From the NCBI GenBank assembly GCA_012730075.1, contig JAAYBP010000354.1, positions 1-39,132 of the forward strand: a DNA stretch of 39,132 nt, in the 5' to 3' direction. The first letter of the stretch is position 1, and every line of letters starts with the position of its first letter. Positions 1-8,986 of the stretch are shown piece after piece. The position numbers were made by a program, and so were the translations under genes. This DNA comes from Acidimicrobiales bacterium. GTDB taxonomy: Bacteria > Actinomycetota > Acidimicrobiia > Acidimicrobiales > Iamiaceae. Below the pieces are notes generated by a model. That model was not told where the DNA came from. It did no database searches and saw only the letters and a program-made list of their open reading frames with translations.

Positions 1-68
1 CTTGCGGTGCCGTGCCTGCTGGGTCGGCCTCGCCTGTCGGCTCGGCCTCCAGGCACCTCGTGTGGTCT

Positions 69-1904
69 TCACGCGTAGACGTCGGGGGGGACGGCGAAGA
101 CGGCGATGGGGGCGTGGAAGTCGACGTAGGCGAGCAGGTCCTCGCGGACGGCCTCGGGCAGTTCGGCGTCGAGCGCGGCGGTGAACACCTGGTCGCGCCA
201 GGCGTCACGCTGGTCGGTGAACCCGCCGGCGTCGAGGGCGGCGTCGATGCGGGCGGCCAGGTCCTCCTCGGCCCGTCGCTCGGCGTCGGTGCGGGAGTCG
301 ACGAGCACGAGGCGGTTGCCGGCGGCGTCCCCGCGCTCCTCCCAGGCGTCGATCGCCGGACCGACCGCGATCACGAGCACGGCGTCGGCGTCGGAGGGAT
401 CGAGGGCCCGGTGGCGGGTACCGCCGACGCGGTGGCTCTCGCTGACGCCGACGTCGAAGCCCTCGCGTTCGAGCTCGTTCACCAGCCCGATGCCCTGCGA
501 GCCGATGGCGATCGGGTCGTGCCAGACGACGAGATACGGCCCGTCGCCGTCACCTGGCGCCTCGCCGGCGCGCAGCGCGACCGCGGTGGCGTCGGCGGCG
601 AGGCCGAGGTCGTCGGACAGGTCCGGCCGCGACGGTTCGGTTCCGGGCGCGGCGGCGAGCAGCAGCACCGACGACAGCACCGCCACCGCGGCGGCTACGG
701 CGACCGCGGCGGTGCGGACCCGCGTGCCGGCCCGCTCGCCGAGGGCGTCGCGCAGGCCGAGCGCCGCGGTCCAGCCGGTGGCGATCAGCACCACGGCGGC
801 CAGGCCGACCACCCACAGGTACAGGTAGTACCAGAGCTCGCCGTTGACCCGGCTCGACGCGACGAACGCGAGCACCAGCCCGACCGCCACGATCGCGTGC
901 AGGCGACGCAGCGCATCGGAACCGACCCGCCCCCTCCAGGTGAGGACCGCGGCGACCAGCCAGGCCGCGAGCACGACGAGGCCCGACGCGCTCCACGACG
1001 ACGCCACCGGCGAGGCGCCGACGTCCTGGGAGGTCCACCATCCGTCGAGCCCGAAGCGGGCGACGACCTCGCGGGCTCCGGCGACGGGGCCGATCGGCTC
1101 CGAGCTCGGGTCCTGCATCGTCTCGCGGACCCGTCCGAGGTTCCCGGTGCCGGCGACCTGGTCGATGAGCGGGGGCAGCCAGAGCACCAGGCCGACCGCC
1201 AGGGCGGCCACGAGGAACCGCACCCGGCGGGCCCGCGCGGCGGGTGGATCGTCGGGGAGGCCACGACGGATCCGCCACAGGGACGCACCGAGCAGGAGGG
1301 CGCCGTACCCGCCGACCAGGCCGAGGTAGGGGAGGTGGGTCTGCGCGCAGAACGAGCCGGCGGCGACCGCGACCACCAGCATCGGCGGATCGTCGTCGAG
1401 GACCGACCACGCGGCCAGCAGGAGCACCAGCCACCACGACACCGGCAGGTACGGGTTCCAGGGCTCCAGGTACACGACCGCGCCGTAGGCGCGGGCGACG
1501 AGCACCAGGGCGGTGCCGACCGCCACGACGAGGGCGGCGCCGCCCCGCCGGGCCGCGATCCAGAGGGCCAGACCCGCGGCGACCAGGTGGAGGGTGACCG
1601 TGGAGACGGTCAGGGCGAGGGCGCTGCCGCCGAGCAGGCGGTACACGGGGGCCAGCGCCCAGAAGCTGAGCGGCCCGGGGTGGCTGCCGGGGTCGTACCA
1701 GGGGCCGATCCGCCCGGCCAGCCCGACCAGCGGCGAGTGGCGGGTGCCGACGTCGCGGACGCGCAGCTCGGTCTGGGCGAGATCCGCGATCGGGTGCCAC
1801 TGGGGTCGATTGAACGCGATCACCGAGGCGACGAGCGGCACGGCGATGAGCAGGTGGGCGCCCACCGCGACGGCCGCGGTGCGCCGTCGGTCGGTCAGGG
1901 CCAT
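69..1904 (-). CDS. Polytopic membrane protein, probable GT-C-fold glycosyltransferase (611 aa)
   Basis: C-terminal part of ORF 69..2747. ATG at 1904 (MALTDRRR) overlaps the upstream stop at 1895. Many hydrophobic helices, first-loop 'PIADLA' and 'HPGPLSFW', 'EPWNPY', and a soluble C-terminal domain. The GT-C assignment is inferred from architecture. Confidence 0.65.
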   Translation of the reverse strand: MALTDRRRTAAVAVGAHLLIAVPLVASVIAFNRPQWHPIADLAQTELRVRDVGTRHSPLVGLAGRIGPWYDPGSHPGPLSFWALAPVYRLLGGSALALTVSTVTLHLVAAGLALWIAARRGGAALVVAVGTALVLVARAYGAVVYLEPWNPYLPVSWWLVLLLAAWSVLDDDPPMLVVAVAAGSFCAQTHLPYLGLVGGYGALLLGASLWRIRRGLPDDPPAARARRVRFLVAALAVGLVLWLPPLIDQVAGTGNLGRVRETMQDPSSEPIGPVAGAREVVARFGLDGWWTSQDVGASPVASSWSASGLVVLAAWLVAAVLTWRGRVGSDALRRLHAIVAVGLVLAFVASSRVNGELWYYLYLWVVGLAAVVLIATGWTAALGLRDALGERAGTRVRTAAVAVAAAVAVLSSVLLLAAAPGTEPSRPDLSDDLGLAADATAVALRAGEAPGDGDGPYLVVWHDPIAIGSQGIGLVNELEREGFDVGVSESHRVGGTRHRALDPSDADAVLVIAVGPAIDAWEERGDAAGNRLVLVDSRTDAERRAEEDLAARIDAALDAGGFTDQRDAWRDQVFTAALDAELPEAVREDLLAYVDFHAPIAVFAVPPDVYA

Positions 1905-2923
1905 CGCTTCAGCAGCTTCAGCACCCCGAGCGGGACGGGGGACTGGTGGTGCGATCCGCCCCGCTCGGCCAGGCCGACCCGGTGGGCCAGGTACCACTCG
2001 TAGGACTCGATCAGCATCCCGGCGTTGTCGTGCACCGGCGTCCAGTCGAGCTCCTCGCGGGCCCGGGAGGTGTCGAACCAGAGCGACTCGCCGTACAGCA
2101 GCCAGTGGTACGGGGCGAACGGCAGGAGACCGGCCCCCGACAACGCCTTCATCGCCCGGGCCGCGGGACCGGTCGGCAGCGAGCGCACCCGCGACCCGGT
2201 GCCGGCGTGGTCGACCAGCACCTGGAGCGTCTCGCGCATCGTGCCGGGTCGGTCGCCGCCGACGTTGTAGATGGCGGGCCCCTCGCGGTCGGCGGCGCGG
2301 AGGATCGCGTCGGCCAGGTCGGACGAGTGGACGAACTGGTAGCGGTTGTCGCCCCGTCCGAAGACGAACACCGGGGCGCCCTCGGCGACGAACTCGAAGA
2401 GGATCGCCATGATGCCGAGCCGTCCGTGCCCGAGGATCGTCCGCGGGCGCACGACGGTGACGTCCTGGCCGGCCTCGACCGCCTGGGCGCACAGCGTCTC
2501 GGCCACGAGCTTCGCCCGCCCGTAGGCCTCCAGCGGTCGGCCCGGGGTGTCCTCGGTGACCGGGTTGGCCTCCGGGATCCCGAAGATCGCGCTCGACGAC
2601 GTGCTGACGACCTTGGCGACCCCGGCGTCGCGCGCCGCGAGCAGGACGTTGGCGGTGCCGCCGACGTTGACCGACCGGAACAGCTCGTGATCCTTGGCCA
2701 GCGGCACCTGGGCGACGTTGTGGAGCACCGCGTCGACCCCGTCGCACGCCTCGGTGAGGGCGGCGCGGTCGCGGACGTCGCCCACCACGACCTCGGCGTC
2801 GGTGGGGTCGACCGGCGCCTCCAGGTCGAAGATCCGCACCCGGTCGCCGCGGGCCAGCGCCTGCTCGGCCAGCAGCGAGCCGAAGTAGCCGCTGCCGCCG
2901 GTGACCAGCAGGGTGCGGCTCAC
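1895..2923 (-). CDS. NAD-dependent epimerase/dehydratase (extended SDR, 3beta-HSD-like)
   Basis: GTG at 2923 in a GTGA overlap with the upstream stop. TGGSGYFG Rossmann motif, 'VNVGGT', 'STSSSAIFG', catalytic YGRAK (YxxxK). Confidence 0.9.
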   Translation of the reverse strand: MSRTLLVTGGSGYFGSLLAEQALARGDRVRIFDLEAPVDPTDAEVVVGDVRDRAALTEACDGVDAVLHNVAQVPLAKDHELFRSVNVGGTANVLLAARDAGVAKVVSTSSSAIFGIPEANPVTEDTPGRPLEAYGRAKLVAETLCAQAVEAGQDVTVVRPRTILGHGRLGIMAILFEFVAEGAPVFVFGRGDNRYQFVHSSDLADAILRAADREGPAIYNVGGDRPGTMRETLQVLVDHAGTGSRVRSLPTGPAARAMKALSGAGLLPFAPYHWLLYGESLWFDTSRAREELDWTPVHDNAGMLIESYEWYLAHRVGLAERGGSHHQSPVPLGVLKLLKRWP

Positions 2924-3945
2924 AGCGCGTCGCCGCGGTCGCGGTGCCAGCGGATCGACTCGCGCATCCCCTCGACCAGGCCGACCCGGGGCCGGTAGCC
3001 GAGGTCGCGGCGCGCCGCGGCGATGTCGCACGCGATCGTGTCGCCCAGCTCGCCGAGGACGTGGAGCGGCTGGACGTAGCGGTCGAGCGCCTGGAGCACC
3101 CGATCGCCGTGCACCGCGACGCGGGCGCCGAGGCGGGGCAGGCGCGGGCCCCGCCACCGAGACACCGGCAGGCCCTCGGCCTCCATCGCGGCCCGGATGC
3201 CGTCGAAGATCGAGCGCAGCTCGTAGGGCTCGGCGTCGGCGACCCAGTAGGCGCGGCCGCCGCCCTCGGTCGCCGCCTCGGCGCACCGGCAGGCCTCGAC
3301 CAGGTTGCGGGAGTGGATCATCGAGCGCTGCTGGCGGCCGTTCCCGACGAGCGGGAACCGACCGGTGCGTACGGCGCGGAGGAACTGGGCCTGACGGTCG
3401 GGACCCCACGGCCCGTAGAACCACGGCGGCCGCAGCACGATCGCGTCGAGGTCGCCGCGCTCCGCCGAGCGCACGACGATCGACTCCGCCTCGGCCTTGG
3501 ACCGGCCGTACCCGAGGTACGGGTTCGGGTCGGACTCCTCGGTGAAGCGGTCGCTCGGTCGGGCGTTGGCGCCGAACGGCGAGTTCGACGAGATGTGCAC
3601 GAACCGCCCCGCCGCGGCGCGCTGCGCCCGGTCGACCACGAGCTGCGTACCGCCGACGTTGACGTCGAAGAAGGGCCGGGTGCGCCCGGCCGGGTGGATC
3701 ACGCCCGCCGCGTGGAACACCGTCGCCCCGCCCATGTCCTCGAACAGGCGGTCGACCACGACCGGGTCGCGCACGTCGCCCACCACCGGCTCGACCGACG
3801 GCCCGGCCAACTCCAGGAGCGGGGCCTCGTCGGGCCGCTCGACCAGGACCCGGACGATGTCGCGCTCGGGCGCGAGGGCGCGCACCAGGTTCCGACCCAG
3901 CCAGCCTCCGGCGCCGGTGACCACGACCGGCGGCGCCGCGGTCAC
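2920..3945 (-). CDS. NAD-dependent epimerase/dehydratase (extended SDR), second paralog
   Basis: GTG at 3945 in a GTGA overlap. TGAGGWLG, 'HAAG', 'VNVGGT', 'HISS', YGRSK, 'LRPPWFYGP'. Confidence 0.9.
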   Translation of the reverse strand: MTAAPPVVVTGAGGWLGRNLVRALAPERDIVRVLVERPDEAPLLELAGPSVEPVVGDVRDPVVVDRLFEDMGGATVFHAAGVIHPAGRTRPFFDVNVGGTQLVVDRAQRAAAGRFVHISSNSPFGANARPSDRFTEESDPNPYLGYGRSKAEAESIVVRSAERGDLDAIVLRPPWFYGPWGPDRQAQFLRAVRTGRFPLVGNGRQQRSMIHSRNLVEACRCAEAATEGGGRAYWVADAEPYELRSIFDGIRAAMEAEGLPVSRWRGPRLPRLGARVAVHGDRVLQALDRYVQPLHVLGELGDTIACDIAAARRDLGYRPRVGLVEGMRESIRWHRDRGDAL

Positions 3946-6017
3946 GACGGTGCGACCAGGTGGCGCCGCCCGGTCAGGAAGGCCAGGCCGTAGAGCACGG
4001 CGACCACGACGAGCAGCATCCGGTAGCCGGTCACCAGGGCCATGTACTCGAGCACCCCGCCGACCATGGCGCCGAGCAGGTTCGCGGCGAAGGCGGTGGT
4101 GGAGTCGCCGGTGTCCTTGAACCGCTGGGTGAAGACGAGGTTGGCGGTGAAGATCGGGAAGAAGGCGATCGTCACCGCGGCGAGGAACCGGGGCACGAGC
4201 GACAGGTCGAGCAGGGCGTCGGCCGGCATCAGCCAGGCGACGACCAGCGACGCGGCGAGGAGCCCGTAGAGCAGCACCGGCCGACGGAAGGTGACCCGCT
4301 TCGACACGGCGATCGCGAGCAGGACCGACGACAGCACGCCCGCGAAGACGAGCGCGTTGACGAACCACGTCGTGCCGAACAGGAGGGCGAACTGCACGAC
4401 GTTCTTCGTCTCGAGCAGCAGGAACGCGACGCCCATGAAGAACAGGTCGCCGTAGCGGGTCAGCGACCGGAGCGGTCCGGCCGCGACCCGCACCGCGATC
4501 ACCGACGCGATCAGGATCAGGCTCAGGCTGACCACGTAGAGCGTGGGCAGGGTGCGCTCCCGCACGTACGGGAACGGGTGGTCGTCGGTCGCCGGCTCGG
4601 GGATGTCGCCGGACGGGGTCCACACGCGGGCGCGGGCCGCCGCGGTGCAGTCGAGCTGTTCAGGCCGCGGGCTCGCGGTGAACCCGAACAGGGCGACGCC
4701 GTCGGGTCCGAAGGCGGGAACGACCTCCTGGGCGCACGGCTCGTGGCCGTAGCTCTCGGTGAGCATCGAGCCGTACCGGTCGATCAGCCACGGCTGCCGG
4801 TAGTAGTTGTACATCGTGAAGATGCCGTCGTCGGTCAACCGCTCGCGGGCGGCGTCGAGCGCCTCCTGGGTGAACAGGTAGCTCTCCAGGCGCAGCGCCG
4901 ACTGGCCCGACACCAGCGTGATCGAGTCGGGCAGGGCGAGCACGATCAGGTCGTAGCGGCGATCGGTGCGCTCGAGGAACGCCCGCCCGTCGTTGATGTG
5001 GATCTGCACCCGGGGGTCGTCGTAGGGGCGGGCCGGGTGGCGGTCGCGGCCCAGCTCGTAGAGGCGCGGGTCGATCTCCACCGCGTCGACGTGGGCCGCC
5101 CCCCGTTCGAGGGCGGTGGCGACGTCGTTGCCACCGCCCGCCCCGATGATCAGGACGTTGCCGTCGACGGGGTCGGGGATCACGTCGTATACGCCCTTGC
5201 CGGGGGCGAACTCCGGGAGCTGGTGAACCTGGTGGGGGACGCCGTTGACGTCCACCTGGAGCTGGCCGTCGAGGTCGGGGTTCGGGCGGGCCTCGATCTT
5301 GTAGTACGGGCTCCACGACAGGTTGGGCGCGAACGACTCGACGCCGAGCACGACGAGCAGCACGGCGAGGGCGGCGAGCTGGGGGAGCCTCGGCACCCGC
5401 GGCACCATGAGCGCCACCATGACCACGGCGACGACCACGCCCCACGCCAGCGGCGGTAGCCGGAGGAAGCTGAGCGCCGAGAAGGCGGCGATGCCGGCGA
5501 TGCTGCCGAACAGGTCGTACTTGTAGGCGTCGAGGTTGTCGAAGCGGGCGAAGGTCCGCGCCACGCCCTCGGTGATCAGGGCGAGGACGATCGCCGACGC
5601 CCCGAACACCAGCGGCAGCACGACCTCCCGGGGCGGGCCACCGACGCTGAGGCTGCTGAACGTGAAGAGGTCCGGGTCGTCCTGCGTGATCCGCACCGGG
5701 AACACCGCCACGGCCAGCACGAAGAGGCCGAGGGCGACCGGCGCCCAGCCGGACAGGTCTCGTGGTCGGCGCGCCCGCAGGAAGCCGATGCCGATGCCGA
5801 GGAAGCTGCCGAGCAGAACGAAGTTCGAGAAGTACGAGAGGTAGATGACGTTCGAGCCCGCCCAGCGGATGAGGGCGAGCTCGACGAAGAGCATCAGGAA
5901 GCTGAGCGCCACCAACCGGGTGCGGTCGTCGACCCGGCCGGGGTCGGCGAGGCTGGTCGCCAGCCGGTCGGAGGGCGCGCGGGTGCGGTCGGTGTCGCTG
6001 GTGGGGGTCGTCGTCAT
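3942..6017 (-). CDS. Membrane protein with a central spermidine synthase-like class I SAM-binding domain (fused MFS-like/spermidine synthase family, 691 aa)
   Basis: ATG at 6017 in an ATGA overlap. About 7 TM helices, then 'VLIIGAGGGND', 'VEIDP', 'DGRAFL', 'YDLIV', 'ATDDHPF', then about 7 more TM helices. Confidence 0.85.
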   Translation of the reverse strand: MTTTPTSDTDRTRAPSDRLATSLADPGRVDDRTRLVALSFLMLFVELALIRWAGSNVIYLSYFSNFVLLGSFLGIGIGFLRARRPRDLSGWAPVALGLFVLAVAVFPVRITQDDPDLFTFSSLSVGGPPREVVLPLVFGASAIVLALITEGVARTFARFDNLDAYKYDLFGSIAGIAAFSALSFLRLPPLAWGVVVAVVMVALMVPRVPRLPQLAALAVLLVVLGVESFAPNLSWSPYYKIEARPNPDLDGQLQVDVNGVPHQVHQLPEFAPGKGVYDVIPDPVDGNVLIIGAGGGNDVATALERGAAHVDAVEIDPRLYELGRDRHPARPYDDPRVQIHINDGRAFLERTDRRYDLIVLALPDSITLVSGQSALRLESYLFTQEALDAARERLTDDGIFTMYNYYRQPWLIDRYGSMLTESYGHEPCAQEVVPAFGPDGVALFGFTASPRPEQLDCTAAARARVWTPSGDIPEPATDDHPFPYVRERTLPTLYVVSLSLILIASVIAVRVAAGPLRSLTRYGDLFFMGVAFLLLETKNVVQFALLFGTTWFVNALVFAGVLSSVLLAIAVSKRVTFRRPVLLYGLLAASLVVAWLMPADALLDLSLVPRFLAAVTIAFFPIFTANLVFTQRFKDTGDSTTAFAANLLGAMVGGVLEYMALVTGYRMLLVVVAVLYGLAFLTGRRHLVAPS

Positions 6018-7456
6018 GAGAGGAAGTGGGCGGCGTTGCGGTCGGCGATGGCCATGATGCCCGCCTGGGGGTTCACGCCCGGGGCATCGGGCAGCAGGGA
6101 TGCGTCGTTGACGTACAGGTTGGCCCACCCGTGCACCCGGCCGAAGCTGTCGGCGCCGGCGCGCCGGCGGTCCTCGCCCATGCGGATGCTGGAGGTCAGG
6201 TGGATCGTCATCAGGTTGGCGGTCGACGGGGTGACCCGGTCCCACCAGGCGTGCAGGTCGGCGGGGCGGCGGGCGACGCCGCCTCCGATCACCGACGGGT
6301 ACAGCTCGAGCGCGCCGGCGGCCAGGAGCAGCTCTCCGAGGTGCACCAGGCCCCGTGTCAGGCGGCTCATGTCGCCGGGGGTCAGGTGGTAGGCGACGAC
6401 CGGAGACTCCAGCCCGGGCACCGCGACCACCGCGCCGGAGCCCTCGCTCCGGATCGCGGCGTAGTAGACGGCGATGTCCTCCCAGTGCTCCATCGCCGCC
6501 TCGTCGACGACCGCGCCCGATTCGGCGAGGGCCATCGCCACGTGCCCGCGTCGGCTGATCGACCCACCGATCGTCAGGTGCGGCGAGAACTCGGTGATGC
6601 GGTGCATCGGGACGTCGCCGTGGTCGACCGGCTCGGGAAACCGGGCCGCCACCTTGATCGTCGGGTGCAGCTTGAGGCCGCGTCCGATCCGCCGCCGGAC
6701 CCCGCTGCGCTGGAGCAGGTTCGGCGACTGGATCGCCCCGCCGCACACGAAGACGTGCTCGGCGTCGATCCGGACCTCCTCGGTCGCGCCGTCGGGGTGG
6801 GTGACTCGGGCCCGTGCGCCCGTGGTGCGCGACCGGGTGCCGCGGGGACGATCGCGGTCGACCAGCAGGCGGGCCACCCGGGTGTCGGGTAGCACCTCGG
6901 CCCCCGCGGCCAGGGCGCGGGGGAGCAGGGTGCGGGTCATCGTCTGCTTCGTGCCCCGGCCGCGCTCGTCGTACGCGAACACCCGCGGGAACTCCATCGA
7001 CCGCCACCCGAGCCGTTCGGCGCCGTCCTCGAGCAGCTCGGACGAGCGGGGCGGGGCGCCGGGGATCGACGCCACCCCGACGTCGGCCTCGACGTTGGCG
7101 GCGTGGGCGTCGAGCACGGCGGAGGAGAACTCGTCGATGCGGTACTCGCGCCGCCAGCCCTCGGCCAGGTCGCCGGGCAGCCGGTGCCAGAGACCGCTGT
7201 TGATCTCGGTGCTGCCGCCGACGCAGCGTCCCTCGGCGTACGCGATCGGGGGCAGCCCGAGCGCGGCCGCCCCGCCGCGGTGGCGGTACTGCGACGCCAT
7301 CTCCGGCAGCGAGAACGGCTCGTGCCGGTCGCGGTCGACCCAGGGCCCCTCCTCGACCACGAGCACCTGCCGGCCCGCCTCGGCGAGGCGGCAGGCGGTG
7401 GTGGCGCCCCCGGCGCCGGATCCGACGACGAGGACCTCGGTGGCGATGGACCTCAC
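6014..7456 (-). CDS. GMC-family FAD oxidoreductase
   Basis: GTG at 7456 in a GTGA overlap. GSGAGG FAD motif, 'GRCVGGSTEINSG', 'GGAIQSPNLL', C-terminal 'HLTSSIRMG' and 'GVNPQ' (His/Asn pair). Confidence 0.9.
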   Translation of the reverse strand: MRSIATEVLVVGSGAGGATTACRLAEAGRQVLVVEEGPWVDRDRHEPFSLPEMASQYRHRGGAAALGLPPIAYAEGRCVGGSTEINSGLWHRLPGDLAEGWRREYRIDEFSSAVLDAHAANVEADVGVASIPGAPPRSSELLEDGAERLGWRSMEFPRVFAYDERGRGTKQTMTRTLLPRALAAGAEVLPDTRVARLLVDRDRPRGTRSRTTGARARVTHPDGATEEVRIDAEHVFVCGGAIQSPNLLQRSGVRRRIGRGLKLHPTIKVAARFPEPVDHGDVPMHRITEFSPHLTIGGSISRRGHVAMALAESGAVVDEAAMEHWEDIAVYYAAIRSEGSGAVVAVPGLESPVVAYHLTPGDMSRLTRGLVHLGELLLAAGALELYPSVIGGGVARRPADLHAWWDRVTPSTANLMTIHLTSSIRMGEDRRRAGADSFGRVHGWANLYVNDASLLPDAPGVNPQAGIMAIADRNAAHFLS

Positions 7457-7767
7457 CGCGCCTCCGCGCCGATCAGCTCCTGCTCGGCGAACAGCACGAG
7501 CGCACGGAGGGCTCGGACCCACTGGCGGACCAGCGACACCGGGTGCCGTTCGAGGCGGGCCAGGTCGTCGGCGGCGCTCGTCGGACGGACGCGGGATCGC
7601 ACGGCCGACCAGGCACCGAACGCGATCGACTCCGCCGCGAAGCCGGCGCGGGTCACCTCCGGCATGGCCGCCAGGGTGAGCGCGACGTGCTCGATCACCG
7701 CGTCGCGGTGCTCGGGGAGCGTGCCCGCGGTCAGGGCGTCGACTATCCGGCGCTCGAACGGCAGCAC
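7453..7767 (-). CDS. Small helical protein, probable GMC accessory subunit (gluconate 2-dehydrogenase subunit 3-like position)
   Basis: 104-aa ORF whose stop overlaps the GMC start. TAGTGT -10 box lies 7 nt before the GTG. The accessory role is inferred from position and size. Confidence 0.65.
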   Translation of the reverse strand: MLPFERRIVDALTAGTLPEHRDAVIEHVALTLAAMPEVTRAGFAAESIAFGAWSAVRSRVRPTSAADDLARLERHPVSLVRQWVRALRALVLFAEQELIGAEAR

Positions 7768-7839
7768 CCGTTCGACACTAGAGGGTGGGGGCCTCGCGCC
7801 CGGGTGTCCGTGGGCCCCGGTCGAGGCCGCGACGAGCGG

Positions 7840-8844
7840 TCAGGCCGGTGCCGGCCGGACCGTCGGGACGGCTGCGCCCGCGGGGACCGGCGCGGCCCCG
7901 CCGTCCGCCCGCTGCCCGCGGCGGCGGACCCCGCGGGGCCGGCGGGGGAGCCCCGACACGGGATCGATCTCGTAGCGCGTCGATGCCGGTGGGTCCGGCT
8001 CGGGTTCGAGGTTCCAGCCGAGGTCGTCGGCCGGCGCCGGGTCACCGAAGCAGGCGCCCTGGAGGTGGTCGCAGCCGATGTCGATCAGGGCCGAGGCCTG
8101 CCCGTCCCGGTCGACGCCCGCCGCGCCGACGAGGAGGCCCCGGTCGTGCGCGCGGTCGACCAGGCACCGCAGGGCGCCGGCCAGCGCGCGATCCTCCTCG
8201 ACGGGACCGATCCAGCGGCGGTCGATCCGGATCGCGTCGGCGGGCAGGAAGCCCGACGCGTCGCCGAACGTCGGTCCGACGTCGTCGACGGTGACGCCCA
8301 CGCCCAGGTCGCGAAGCTCCAGCAGGCGGAAGGCGAGCAGGGTCGGCTCGGCACCGGCGGGGTCGACCGCGAGCTGGACCAGCGCGGCCGGGACCCCGGT
8401 GCGCGCGAGGGCCCCGGCCACGAAGCCGCCGAACTCGGGGTCGAGGGCGTCGCGCCGGAGCACGCCGATCGCCACCGGGACGGGCGTCTCGTCCCGGGGT
8501 CGGTCCCGTTCCCACGCCAACGCCTGGCGGCACGCGGCGGCGAACGCCCACCGGGCGATGTCGCGCCCGACCGGGCGCTCGGCCAGCCGGGGCAGGAACA
8601 CGTCGGAGCGGAGGACCCCGCGGGTGGGGTCGAGCCAGTGGACGTGGGCCTCGACCGCGACCACGTCGCCCTTCCGATCGACGCGGGGCTGGAACCGGAG
8701 CTCGAACCGCGTCTCCTCCAGGCTCCGGGCGGCGTCCGCCTCGAGCTGGGCGGTCGTGTCGGAGAGGCGGGTCCGCCAGCGCTCGAACCGGGCGGCACGA
8801 CCGCGGACCGCAGCCCGTCCTCCTGCCGCGGCCCGTTCGGTCAC
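7840..8844 (-). CDS. Stand-alone degenerate EAL-domain protein
   Basis: GTG at 8844 with an AGGAG RBS upstream. 'FELRFQPRVD', 'VEAHVHW', 'DDVG', 'RIDRRWI' and 'GCDHLQG' follow the EAL fold order. Confidence 0.8.
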   Translation of the reverse strand: MTERAAAGGRAAVRGRAARFERWRTRLSDTTAQLEADAARSLEETRFELRFQPRVDRKGDVVAVEAHVHWLDPTRGVLRSDVFLPRLAERPVGRDIARWAFAAACRQALAWERDRPRDETPVPVAIGVLRRDALDPEFGGFVAGALARTGVPAALVQLAVDPAGAEPTLLAFRLLELRDLGVGVTVDDVGPTFGDASGFLPADAIRIDRRWIGPVEEDRALAGALRCLVDRAHDRGLLVGAAGVDRDGQASALIDIGCDHLQGACFGDPAPADDLGWNLEPEPDPPASTRYEIDPVSGLPRRPRGVRRRGQRADGGAAPVPAGAAVPTVRPAPA

Positions 8845-8986
8845 CCGTGTCTCCTCGCGCCCGTGGGGCCCGTCTCCGGGCCCCCTCCTACCTGCCTCAT
8901 CGGCCGTGACCAGCGGTTCCTGAGGCCGGCGGCGACCCGGCGACCGTCGCCGAGGATCCGAGGGCCAGCGGGTAGGGTCGCCGCCC

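Noticed and set aside
12-2003. Long plus-strand ORF (663 aa) and similar long antisense ORFs such as 27940..30291, 32253..34661 and 35314..37506
   Set aside because: They mirror well-supported genes on the opposite strand, have no motifs, and are expected from stop-codon scarcity at this GC content.
3942-6017. Annotation as a true spermidine synthase (speE)
   Set aside because: It lacks the GGGDG Asp and the catalytic DxxDP motif, and no SAM decarboxylase is nearby.
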